From the NCBI GenBank assembly GCA_963700635.1, contig CAVOYH010000003.1, forward strand, positions 1,728,001 through 1,792,000: a DNA stretch of 64,000 nucleotides, read 5' to 3'. The translations under genes and the position numbers were made by a program. The notes beneath the pieces are model-generated. The model ran no database searches, was not told the origin of the DNA, and was given only the letters and a program-made list of their open reading frames with translations. This DNA comes from an uncultured Bacteroidota bacterium. GTDB taxonomy: Bacteria; Bacteroidota; Ignavibacteria; UBA10030; UBA6906. This document shows positions 20,150 to 29,847 of the stretch, piece after piece. How positions within the stretch are numbered: position 1 is the first letter of the stretch; every line of letters starts with the position of its first letter.

Positions 20150-20979
20150 ACAGTGGAACCCTGCGTGGCCTGTATGACATCAACGGCCTGACCGTTGCAG
20201 TCACGGGTGGAGGGGGTGTACTGGGTGGCGAGATTGCGGTCTCCCTCGGTGCGGCCGGTGCGCGCGTAGCAGTGCTGGATCGTGATCCGGCTCTTGCAGA
20301 AGCGACCGTGCGCAGGGTGACCGGGGCAGGAGGCACGGGACTCGCCGTTCAGTGCGATGTACTGGATACTGCGTCGCTGGAGCAGGCGCGCGGGGCAGTG
20401 CTCGGTGCGTTCGGGCGGATCGATTGTCTCATCAACGGAGCCGGAGGCAACAACCCGAAAGCCACCACGAACCCGACGCAGCCGTTTTTTAGCCTCCCTC
20501 CTGAAGCGCTCCGGTTTGTCTTTGATCTGAACATTCTCGGCACGATACTGCCATCACAGGTGTTCGGGAAAGTGATGGCCGATCAGGGGACGGGAAACAT
20601 CCTGAACATTTCCTCACTGAACGCCATCAGACCACTGACGCGGATCCCAGCGTACTCGGCCGCAAAAGCCGGGGTGAGCAATTTCACGCAGTGGCTTGCC
20701 GTACACATGGCGCAGGAGTATTCGCCCCGCATCAGGGTGAACGCCATTGCACCGGGATTCTTCCTTACGGAGCAGAACCGGTTCCTCCTGACGGAACAGG
20801 CGACGGGTAACCTGACGGAACGGGGGAAGAAGATCATCGATCACACGCCGATGAAGAGGTTTGGCGCGCCGGAGGATCTCGTCGGTACCGTGCTCTGGCT
20901 TCTCTCTCCGGCCTCTGGATTCGTGACCGGGACAGTGATCCCGGTGGACGGCGGATTCGCAGCATACTCCGGAGTGTAG
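20146..20979 (+). CDS. uxuB: D-mannonate oxidoreductase (fructuronate reductase), SDR type
   Basis: TGGGGVLG, NGAGGN, PLTRIPAYSAAKA, NAIAPGFF, DGGFAAYSGV; hexuronate context. Confidence 0.88.
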   Translation: MNSGTLRGLYDINGLTVAVTGGGGVLGGEIAVSLGAAGARVAVLDRDPALAEATVRRVTGAGGTGLAVQCDVLDTASLEQARGAVLGAFGRIDCLINGAGGNNPKATTNPTQPFFSLPPEALRFVFDLNILGTILPSQVFGKVMADQGTGNILNISSLNAIRPLTRIPAYSAAKAGVSNFTQWLAVHMAQEYSPRIRVNAIAPGFFLTEQNRFLLTEQATGNLTERGKKIIDHTPMKRFGAPEDLVGTVLWLLSPASGFVTGTVIPVDGGFAAYSGV

Positions 20980-21034
20980 GAACGGGGCTTCCGCGGATTC
21001 AATTGGATTGACACTCACGCGAAGGATGACGATC

Positions 21035-22441
21035 ATGAAGCTGCAGTGGTTCGGGGTAGTGGGACTGGGTGTGATGGGGCAAAACCTTGCGCGGAACATC
21101 GAGCGCAACGGTTTCTCGGTAGCAGGGTTCGATCTCGATCCGGCAAAGACGAAGGCCGCCACCGCCGCATGTGCGGGGGCGGACATTGTGATGACGTCTT
21201 CGATCGCGGAATTTCTCTCCCGTCTGGCGGTCCCGAGGCGGATCCTCATGATGGTGCCTGCAGGAAAGCCTGTCGATGCCGTCATTGCCGGCCTCCAGCC
21301 TCACCTCGCGGCGGGCGACGTCCTGATCGACGGAGGGAACTCCTACTTTGAGGACACACGCCGTCGCCTCAAAGCACTCCAGGGAACGGGGATTCTCTAT
21401 GTCGGCACAGGCGTGAGCGGTGGCGAAGAGGGTGCCCTCCGGGGACCGTCGATCATGCCGGGGGGCGATCCGGCGGCATGGCCTCTGGTGAAGCCGGTGT
21501 TTCAGAGCATCGCTGCAAAGGCCCCCGACGGAACCCCCTGTTGCGAATGGATCGGGAAGGACGGCGCCGGCCATTTCGTGAAGATGGTGCACAACGGCAT
21601 CGAGTACGCCGACATGCAGATGATCTGTGAGGCGTATTTCCTGATGGAACGGGTCCTCGGTCTTGGCACCGACGAGATGCAGAAAATCTTCGAAGAGTGG
21701 AACACGGGCGAGCTGAACAGCTACCTGATCGAAATCACCGGTACGATCATGGGAAAGAGAGACCCGGAGACCGGCAAGGCTCTCATTCATGTGATTCTGG
21801 ATACAGCCGGGCAGAAAGGGACGGGGAAGTGGACAAGCGCCGTTGCGCTCGACCTCGGCATTCCTGCTCAGACTATTGCCGAGGCAGTATTCGCCCGCAT
21901 GATGAGCTCCCTGAAAGCAGAGCGGACCGTTGCAGCTGGAATCCTCGCAGGGCCTGATGCGACGTTCTCCGGCGACAAGACCGCGTTCATCGAGATGATT
22001 CGCCAGGCCCTGTACGCATCCAAGATCTGCTCGTACGCACAAGGGTTCCAGCTCTTACGTGCCGCCGACCACGAGTTTGCCTGGGAACTCCAGTTCGGGT
22101 CCATCGCTTCACTCTGGCGGGCAGGCTGTATCATCCGGGCACGGTTCCTGGACCATATTCAAGAGGCGTACGCCAGGAATCACGCACTGGCGAACCTCCT
22201 GCTTGATCCGTATTTTGCCAATGCGGTGAAGAGCGCGTCCGAGGCCTGGCGGACTGTCGTCGCCACGGCGGTTCGGATCGGAGTGCCCGTCCCTGCGTTC
22301 AGCAGTGCGCTTGCCTACTACGACGGCTACCGCTCCGCCGTGCTCCCGGCAAATCTGCTGCAGGCACAACGCGATTTCTTCGGGGCACATACGTATCGCC
22401 GCGTGGACAAGGAAGGCGTGTTTCATACGAAGTGGGAGTAG
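21035..22441 (+). CDS. gndA: NADP-dependent 6-phosphogluconate dehydrogenase
   Basis: GLGVMGQNLA, GVSGGEEGA, VKMVHNGIEY, QKGTGKW, QAQRDFFGAH. Confidence 0.97.
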   Translation: MKLQWFGVVGLGVMGQNLARNIERNGFSVAGFDLDPAKTKAATAACAGADIVMTSSIAEFLSRLAVPRRILMMVPAGKPVDAVIAGLQPHLAAGDVLIDGGNSYFEDTRRRLKALQGTGILYVGTGVSGGEEGALRGPSIMPGGDPAAWPLVKPVFQSIAAKAPDGTPCCEWIGKDGAGHFVKMVHNGIEYADMQMICEAYFLMERVLGLGTDEMQKIFEEWNTGELNSYLIEITGTIMGKRDPETGKALIHVILDTAGQKGTGKWTSAVALDLGIPAQTIAEAVFARMMSSLKAERTVAAGILAGPDATFSGDKTAFIEMIRQALYASKICSYAQGFQLLRAADHEFAWELQFGSIASLWRAGCIIRARFLDHIQEAYARNHALANLLLDPYFANAVKSASEAWRTVVATAVRIGVPVPAFSSALAYYDGYRSAVLPANLLQAQRDFFGAHTYRRVDKEGVFHTKWE

Positions 22442-22449
22442 AGAGGGCG

Positions 22450-23655
22450 ATGGTTGTCGTCATCGATGCGAAAAATCCCTACCTGGCGGATGCTCTTGCC
22501 GCCGTTGCCGAGGTCCGTGTGCTCCCCACCCCGGCCATCACCCGGTCGGCGCTTCGCGACGCGGACGCGGTGATCGTACGGTCGGAAACGCCAATCGGGT
22601 CCTCGCTTCTTGAAGGCACACCTGTCCGGTTCGTGGGAACGGCGACGATTGGCACCGACCATGTTGACACGGAGTATCTCGCCAGTCATGGGATTGCCTT
22701 CGCGAGCGCACCGGGGAGCAACGCAAATTCCGTGGCGGAGTATGTGGCTGCGGGGCTGCTGGTGCTCGGAGAGCGGCTCGGGGTTTCGCTTGCAGGAAGA
22801 ACCCTCGGCGTGATCGGCGTGGGCAACGTGGGAAGCCGGATTGCGCGTGTTGGAAAGGCGCTCGGGATGTCCGTTCTCCTCAACGACCCGCCACGTGCAC
22901 GCTCAACCGGAGACCCGGCGTACCTCCCTCTCGAGGCACTATTCGATGCAGACGTCATCACTCTTCATGTTCCCCTCACACGGGAAGGTCTGGATCCAAC
23001 GTTTCATCTCGTCAATGCTTCCTTTCTTTCCCGTATGAAGCGCGGGTCGATCCTGATCAACACTTCAAGGGGAGGGGTGGCGGACTCTCCGGCCCTTGCC
23101 GGAGCTCTCCGGGATGGCTCGCCTGCTGCAGCAGTGCTGGACGTCTGGGAAAACGAACCGGCAATCGATATCGACCTTCTCTCGCGTACCGCCCTCGCAA
23201 CTCCACACATCGCCGGATATTCGCTGGACGGGAAGGTCAACGCTGCCCGGATGATGTTCGAAGGTCTGGCGACTCACTTCGGGTTTGAGGAGTCCTGGCC
23301 TCCCCCGGCTCATCTGCCCCCGCCGGCGCACGTCGAACTCGACGTCCGGGACCATCCCGCGACCGTGGACACGCTGCGACGAATCATTACTTCCTGTTAT
23401 GCAATCGAACAGGACGACGCCGGTCTTCGCGCTCTCAGCACTCTGCCACCGGATGAACGGGGAGATGGGTTTCGCGCGTTGCGCGCGCACTATCGGGTTC
23501 GCAGGGAATTTCCCGCGACGTCGGTGGTCCTCACGCCGTCGCATGCGCCCCTCCAGATTCCCCTCACGCTTCTGGGATTTTCCCTTCGGGAGGAATCAGG
23601 GGTTGGAACGACCCGATCAGTCACGTCTCACAAGGGCGGAGGGGGGCGAGCATGA
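22450..23655 (+). CDS. pdxB: 4-phosphoerythronate dehydrogenase family
   Basis: FVGTATIGTDH, APGSNANSVAEY, GVGNVG, LDVWENEP, TPHIAGYSLDGK, YRVRREF. Confidence 0.85.
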   Translation: MVVVIDAKNPYLADALAAVAEVRVLPTPAITRSALRDADAVIVRSETPIGSSLLEGTPVRFVGTATIGTDHVDTEYLASHGIAFASAPGSNANSVAEYVAAGLLVLGERLGVSLAGRTLGVIGVGNVGSRIARVGKALGMSVLLNDPPRARSTGDPAYLPLEALFDADVITLHVPLTREGLDPTFHLVNASFLSRMKRGSILINTSRGGVADSPALAGALRDGSPAAAVLDVWENEPAIDIDLLSRTALATPHIAGYSLDGKVNAARMMFEGLATHFGFEESWPPPAHLPPPAHVELDVRDHPATVDTLRRIITSCYAIEQDDAGLRALSTLPPDERGDGFRALRAHYRVRREFPATSVVLTPSHAPLQIPLTLLGFSLREESGVGTTRSVTSHKGGGGRA

Positions 23656-24914
23656 CAGGCAAGGGCTTCACCGATCGTCCGCTCTCCGGGTTGGAAGTTC
23701 GGGAGATTCTGGCGGAAGCATTTGAACAGGAGAATTTCTCAGGGAAGCGCGTCCTGGGTATCATCCCCGACGGCACGCGCAGCGCTCCTATCGGCCAGAT
23801 GTTCCGTGCGGTTAACGACCTGCTTCTGCCCCGGGTGAAGCAGCTTGATTACCTCATTGCGCTCGGCACCCATCCCCCCATGAGCGAGGAGGCAATTGAC
23901 AGACGGCTCGATTGTGCCCCTGGAGAACGGGCCAGTCGGTATCCGTCTGTGCGCGTTTTCAACCACCACTGGAAAGACCCCGCGCAGCTCAGGACGATTG
24001 GCGTCATACCGGAAGAGGACATCGCCGGGCTCTCGGGGGGCCTTATGAGAGAACGCGTCACGGTCTCGATCAATGCTCTGGTCTTCGCGTACGACGTCGT
24101 GATGATCATCGGTCCGACGTTTCCCCATGAGGTGGTGGGGTTTTCCGGAGGGAACAAATACCTGTTTCCGGGGATCTCCGGTCAGGAGATCATCGATATG
24201 TTCCACTGGCTCGGAGCGTTGATTACCAGCCCCGTGATCATCGGGCGCAAGCATACACCTGTGCGGAAGGTCGTGGATCGTGCCGCGGCGCTCCTTTCCG
24301 TCAAAAGGTACTGCCTGAGTCTCGTTGTAAAGGGGGAGGGACTTGCCGGACTGTACTGCGGGACACCGGAGGAGGCCTGGTCTGCGGCGGCCGATCTCTC
24401 CGACCGGTTGCATATTGTGTACAAGGATACGCCCTTCAGCAGGGCGCTCTCCTGTGCACCGGCCATGTACGACGATCTGTGGGTTGGAGCGAAATGCACC
24501 TATAAGCTGGAGCCCGTAGTCGCCGACGGGGGAGAGGTGGTGATCTATGCCCCGCACATCCATGAGATTTCCGTCACACACGGCGACCTCATCGCCGGGA
24601 TCGGCTATCATGTGCGGGACTACTTCGTGAAGCAGATGGACCTCTTCCGGCACATACCCCGCGGGGTGCTTGCCCACTCAACCCACGTCAAAGGTGTGGG
24701 TACGTTCGACAACGGAGTGGAGTCTTCCCGCATCTCTGTCGTGCTTGCAACCGGCATTCCTGAAAGTGTCTGCCGTGCTCTCAACCTCGGCTACAGGGAT
24801 CCGAAATCCATCCGCCCCGACGAATGGTCTGGCAGAGAGGCCGAGGGAATTTTCCTTGTGCCGCAGGCAGGCGAGATCCTCTACCGGCTGAAGAACGATC
24901 CGTTCAATCTCTAG
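23652..24914 (+). CDS. LarA-superfamily nickel-pincer-dependent 2-hydroxyacid racemase/epimerase
   Basis: PDGTRS (DxTR), ALGTH, PHEVVGFSGGNK motifs; ATGA overlap with pdxB. Confidence 0.88.
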   Translation: MTGKGFTDRPLSGLEVREILAEAFEQENFSGKRVLGIIPDGTRSAPIGQMFRAVNDLLLPRVKQLDYLIALGTHPPMSEEAIDRRLDCAPGERASRYPSVRVFNHHWKDPAQLRTIGVIPEEDIAGLSGGLMRERVTVSINALVFAYDVVMIIGPTFPHEVVGFSGGNKYLFPGISGQEIIDMFHWLGALITSPVIIGRKHTPVRKVVDRAAALLSVKRYCLSLVVKGEGLAGLYCGTPEEAWSAAADLSDRLHIVYKDTPFSRALSCAPAMYDDLWVGAKCTYKLEPVVADGGEVVIYAPHIHEISVTHGDLIAGIGYHVRDYFVKQMDLFRHIPRGVLAHSTHVKGVGTFDNGVESSRISVVLATGIPESVCRALNLGYRDPKSIRPDEWSGREAEGIFLVPQAGEILYRLKNDPFNL

Positions 24915-25031
24915 CGTCCCTCGAGGACCTCGTCAGCACCCCGTGCAGGCGATCCCGGTGCGGCGCACCCCGGCGCAGCCGGCTGTACGACGCCCGGTGT
25001 ATGCGGAGCTGCCGGCCGGTGGTCTTATTCC

Positions 25032-26174
25032 TCAGTGGACCTCGAGATAATCTTTGTCGGGTAGCTTCGGGAACGGGGCGTGCGGTTCCGTCTGGTACCA
25101 GAAGGCCACGGACGCGATATCATCCTGCAGTGGCAGATATCGCCTCCCGACCGCCAACCGAGCGCCTGGATCGTCACCCGGAGGTCCTTCTCGAAGCGGA
25201 TCGGATCGACGACGTGCCAGCGGTAGAGTCCGAACCGCTGCTGGGAATTGTAGACACCGTCCGGACGGATCACCTGCGGCAGTCCGCTGTACGGCGTGGT
25301 GAATTCCTGGTACTGCTTGGTTTTCTGATTCTCGAAGTTATACGAACCGCAGAAGTAGTCTTCCGTACCGGTGCCGCAGATCGTTGGATAGTCCGTATCG
25401 CCATCCAGATAGAATTTGATTTCTCCTTCGCCCCACCAGCCGAGATTGTTCACGCCCCACGCCATATAGGTGCCCACATACTGTCCCCACCCCTTCACAC
25501 CGTCGAGGATGGTGTAGACTGATTTGTACGGAAGGGGGTTGACCCGCCGGAACTGAGCATGGAAGTACGCCGCATCCTGCGGACACGTCGGTGAGGGTGT
25601 AGTTGATCTGGTAATACAGGACCATCTCATCCTCCGCGATATTCTCCAGCGTGATTCTGGCGGACTTGCGGAAAGGCATCTCCCAGTAGCAATTGAAGGC
25701 ACTTCCGGGATTGACGCACACAGCGAGCGAGGAGATCTGTGCATACTGTCCCCAGCCGCAGGCAAAGAAGTCGCCGACAGGAACTTCCACGGATGGATGT
25801 GATTCGCCATCCCAGTATATCCGGAGGATGGCGTAGCGCCATTGTCCTGTCGGGGTCATCCAGATCTGCTGGATTGCCCCTTCGCCCTTGATCTCCGCCA
25901 CAGTAAACGTCTCTTTCGCTTTGATCTTGACCGACGGAGAGATCTTCCAGCCGCGGCCGAGATCACGGGCCGCGTTGGCGCCCGTTCCCTCGGTTGCCAT
26001 TCCGCCTTTGCCTTTTTCACCGGTGAAGTTTTCCGGGCTGATCGAGCGGGTCTTCGCCTTTGAGAGGCGGGAGAGGTTGCCCATCCCCATTCCGAGGCCG
26101 TTGAACGATTGTTGTGCCATCATCAGATCTCCTGCGAGGAACAGGGTGACGAGAAGAAGTGCTGCATGCTTCAT
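25032..26174 (-). CDS. DUF2961 / glycoside hydrolase family 172 protein with signal peptide (two apparent frameshifts, near 25580 and 25143)
   Basis: SISPENFTGEKGKGG, VPVGDFF, YWEMPF, WWGEGEIKFY, GTGTEDYF, YRWHVVDPI; own SD (AGGGAG) and ATG at 26174. Confidence 0.9.
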
Positions 26175-26197
26175 GGTGCGCTCCCTGATGGTTGTCG

Positions 26198-27137
26198 TTA
26201 CTCTTTCAGCCATTCCCCCCCCTTTGTCGATATTCTCGCGGGTGAATACGCGCGACTTCAGGGTGATTTCGCGGGCGACCTTTTTGCCCGAGAGAATTGC
26301 CCGTGCGGTTTCAATCGCTTCTTTCCCCCCGGTGGGATACTCAAATGTGGCTGCCAGGACTCCCTGTTTCACGTACATTTGTCCTTCGTGGGGGAGGGCA
26401 TCGATGCCCACAAAGAGCATTGACCGTTCACGGCCCGCGGCTCGGGCCGCGAGATACGCGCCGTGTGCACCCGGGTCGTTATGCGCATAGACGAGATCGA
26501 TTTCGGAAAAGCGGGCGAGGGCGGATTCCATTTCTTTGCGGGCATCCGGTTCCAGCCATTTCATATCCGCCTCGAAAATCACTTCGACGGCGCTTCCCTT
26601 GATTCCCTCTCTGAACCCGGCATTCCGGTCCTGCCCGGGTGTTGACGTCATGAGACCCTTCAGCTCCACCACCTTTCCCTTGCCACCCAGCCGCCTGGCG
26701 ATCCACGTACCGGCTGCTTTCCCGATACGGCGGTTATCGGCCCCGATAAAACAGGTGAAGTCATTGCCCAGAACCCGACGGTCGAGAACGATCACGGGGA
26801 TTCCTTCCTTGAAAGCATTCCGGACCGGCCTGGTGAGCGGGGCTGCTTCCTTCGGAGAAATGATGATGAGATCGACCCCCGCGCGGATGAACTCCTCGAC
26901 GTGAGCTCCCTGGCGAAGGTTGTCATTCTGAGCGTCTTTGAACACCATCTCCAGTTCGGGGTGCTCGTCCGCTGCTTTCCTGATGTCCGCATTCATCTGC
27001 ACACGCCAGGGTTCTCCGAGATTACACTGGCTCACACCGATTGTCCACTTCCTGGTTTGGGGCGACGCGGGGATGGTCATGACAACTGCAAGAGCCACCG
27101 TGACCAGTGCAGTGAGTACGCTATGCTTTCGTGACAT
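26198..27137 (-). CDS. Sugar ABC substrate-binding protein (RbsB/LacI-like fold)
   Basis: Signal peptide, IGVSQCNLGEPWR, IGADN, AHNDPGAHGAY; removing one C from the C8 run at 26215-26222 gives a stop at 26198. Confidence 0.88.
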
Positions 27138-27149
27138 TTGGCGTTCCGT

Positions 27150-28127
27150 TTATGAAGGATCGTTCCGTTGAAAGAGCACGGCACCGAGGATGATAAGACC
27201 GGTGAGGAGAAGCCGGGTCTCTTCGCCGACCGCGTTGATGCTCAGGATTTTTTCCAGGTTGCCGATGATGAGGATGCCCAGCAGCGTAAGCCAGATGGAG
27301 CCGCGTCCTCCCTGCAGCGAGGTGCCTCCGATGACGACCATGGCGATTGCGCTGAGTTCGTATGTCGCTCCCGCCTCGGGGTCCCCCTGCAGCTCCTGCG
27401 CCGCCTGGCAGATGCCTGCAAGGGCGCAGAAGAGACCACTCAGACCGTACGCGAGGACCTTTGTGGTGCCGACGGGGATCCCGGAATACCGTGCCGCTTC
27501 TTCGTTTCCTCCCACGGCGTACAGTTGTCTCCCCCAGGGAGTGAGGACGAGAAGGACGCCGCAGAAGACCATGGACAGGAGCATGATGATGGAGACCACG
27601 GCAATATTGTCGCCGGCGATGCGGGCGCCGATGGCATCGAACATGCCGGGGACGTCGACATACTGGTACGTCCCGTCGGACATCTGGACCGCCGTGGAGA
27701 TTTTCTGCCCGCCGGACACGAGCTTGGCCAGTCCACGGGCGAAGACCATCATGGCCAGCGTGGCGATGAATGGCTGGACCCGGAACCGGGCAATAAGCCC
27801 GCCGGAAAGAGCCCCGCAGGCAGTCCCCAGGAGCAGCGTCAGCCCGATTGCCACGATGTCGGGCAGGCCCTTGTGAATTGACAGCAGTGAGAACACGACC
27901 GCCGAAAGTCCGAGCAGGCTCCCGACGGAGAGATCGATGCCGCCGGCAATGATCACCAGCGTCATGCCGCAGGCGAGGATACCGTACACGGAAACCTGCC
28001 GCAACATGTCGCGGTGCGTGTCCCACTGAAAGAACGCCCCGTCGGCATTGAACACTGCTCCCACCACGAGCACGAGGGCAAGGGAGAGGAGTGCGCGGAA
28101 TACCGGGTGCTTAGTGAGTGATGCCAC
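27150..28127 (-). CDS. Sugar ABC permease (RbsC-like)
   Basis: GGIDLSVGS, PFIATL, GGNEEAARYSGI, VIGGTSLQGGRGS. Confidence 0.93.
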   Translation of the reverse strand: MASLTKHPVFRALLSLALVLVVGAVFNADGAFFQWDTHRDMLRQVSVYGILACGMTLVIIAGGIDLSVGSLLGLSAVVFSLLSIHKGLPDIVAIGLTLLLGTACGALSGGLIARFRVQPFIATLAMMVFARGLAKLVSGGQKISTAVQMSDGTYQYVDVPGMFDAIGARIAGDNIAVVSIIMLLSMVFCGVLLVLTPWGRQLYAVGGNEEAARYSGIPVGTTKVLAYGLSGLFCALAGICQAAQELQGDPEAGATYELSAIAMVVIGGTSLQGGRGSIWLTLLGILIIGNLEKILSINAVGEETRLLLTGLIILGAVLFQRNDPS

Positions 28128-29711
28128 AGAAGTGGACCTTCACGCCGAGTTCACGGAGGGCCCGGCTTTGGCGAACATCCCTTTCTTCGCTCCTGCCGCA
28201 TCCGGTGCATAGACCACCTGGATGTGATTCGCTTTGTGCCGGGCCATCATCTGATCGCGGGTGACACCCTTGAGCACGGCGTGCATGATCGGCCACTGTG
28301 ACGTGGTCTGTTGCCACCGGTCCGTTGTTTCTTCCTGCGGGAGGGAGACAACCTCGCCCAGACCGCAATCGCACTGCAGCTGGTTGTCCGCCACAAAGAC
28401 GCGGCTCCATACAATGTGGCCGGGCTTGCTGATCCCCTTGAGTGTCGCCCCGCCGAGCCGGAAGTACATCGGTGCCTGGCGCTCTCCGACAGCGCCGGCA
28501 TACCCGTTCACGAAGTGGGCGGGAGGAGCGGCTCCGGAGATTTCGAGGACCCACACGAACGCCTTGTGCCGTTGGCCCTGTACTCAGCGTCCCCACCGCA
28601 CATCGTGGAGCGTGTTTTCAGGGTCGAATCCCAGCTGCCGCCAGAGACGGTAGGTCAGGAGACCGTCGAGTCCGGCGCATTCATCCACTTCATTGAAATG
28701 CGGGAGCGCTTCACCGTCGTAAAGCGAGTGTCCGTTCTTTTCGTGGCGGACCGGAGGACGGTCGACGTTGTTCAGCAGTCCCTCCGCTAGGTCTGATGCG
28801 GGAACGAGGTCCTTGAGTCCCTGCTGGTACTGGATGCCGATGGTATCACAGCCGAACTCATCGGCAATACGCACGGCGGCAATGTACATTTTGCACTGCT
28901 GAAGAACCTGTGCTTCCGTCAGTTCCGTTGTCTCGTCCCGTCCGAACGTAAACTGCATCCCTTTATTCTTCAGCCACCCGTAGACGTCCAGCGCTTCTGC
29001 GTCGGGGACCTGGAGCATTTTTGCGTAGAGTGACGACTGGCTGAGGCGTTCCTTGAATACGCCCGTCCGGTGCAAGAGTTCGTCGGGGATGATGGCGTTG
29101 TACATACCCATACAGCCTTCGTCGAAGACCCCCATGATGGCCTTGCGTTCGCGGAACGCCCGGGCGAACTCTTTGCCGAGCGTTTCAGCTTTCGCAGGAA
29201 CGCGAACCTTGCTGTAGGGGACGACGTGGGAGGTATCGTGGCGGACAGCCCCCTTTTTCATCCACTGCCCGAGCCCCTTCAGGAAAAACCTGTCGGTGAA
29301 ATTCTCGCTCCAGAGCGTGCTGAATTTCACGCCGGCTTTGGTGAGCGATGCATTCAGGTTGAGCATCCCCACCAGGCCCGGCCATGTGCCGCTCCAGTTC
29401 GCGACTGTGAGAATCGGGCCCTTGTGGGTAGAGAGTCCTGCCAGGACGTGGTGGGAGTATTGCCAGACGGCTTCCGCCACGATGATCGGGGCGCGCGGAG
29501 GAATCGATCGGAATACCTCCATGCCATATTTCTGGCTGTCGATGAATCCGTGCCGCTTCTCCGGATCAAACGCATGCGCGCGCTGGACCGTCCCGCCGAG
29601 CGATTCCACCGCGGCGACAATCTGGTGCTCCATCGCTGCCTGTGCCGGCTCGCAGGTCTGGTTTGCCGCGATGCGCAGGTCTCCGCTCGCTACGAGATAG
29701 ATGGGCTTCAT
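28111..29711 (-). CDS. L-fucose/D-arabinose isomerase-like protein (apparent frameshifts near 28585 and 28160)
   Basis: [28 protein letters not shown] and NHIQV provide FucI-type Glu/Asp/His ligands; coding continues across three frames. Confidence 0.75.
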
Positions 29712-29758
29712 GGGTTGATCCTCATCAGTGCACTGGTCAGGTCCGTGGGGGGTGGTCG

Positions 29759-29817
29759 AAAATACACAATTCCATCTGGAAACTCAACTTGAACTTTGCC
29801 TTCGCTGTGTCTACATT
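29759..29817. promoter_or_regulatory. Back-to-back divergent sigma-70 promoters
   Basis: Minus: TTGAGT-17-TATTTT (29787-29759); plus: TTGAAC-17-TACATT (29789-29817); TTCCA-TC-TGGAA palindrome at 29770-29781. Confidence 0.55.
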
Positions 29818-29847
29818 GCACGGACACACTCTCACACGAGCCCCCTC

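Noticed and set aside
24915-25031. Short direct repeats (GCACCCCG x2, CCCGGTG x2) and an imperfect hairpin between convergent genes
   Set aside because: Too short and irregular for CRISPR or a MITE; expected by chance in GC-rich DNA, at most a bidirectional terminator
25338-27137. Apparent 599-aa SBP-GH172 fusion protein
   Set aside because: One extra base in a C8 homopolymer (26215-26222) explains it; the GH172 part has its own SD, ATG and signal peptide
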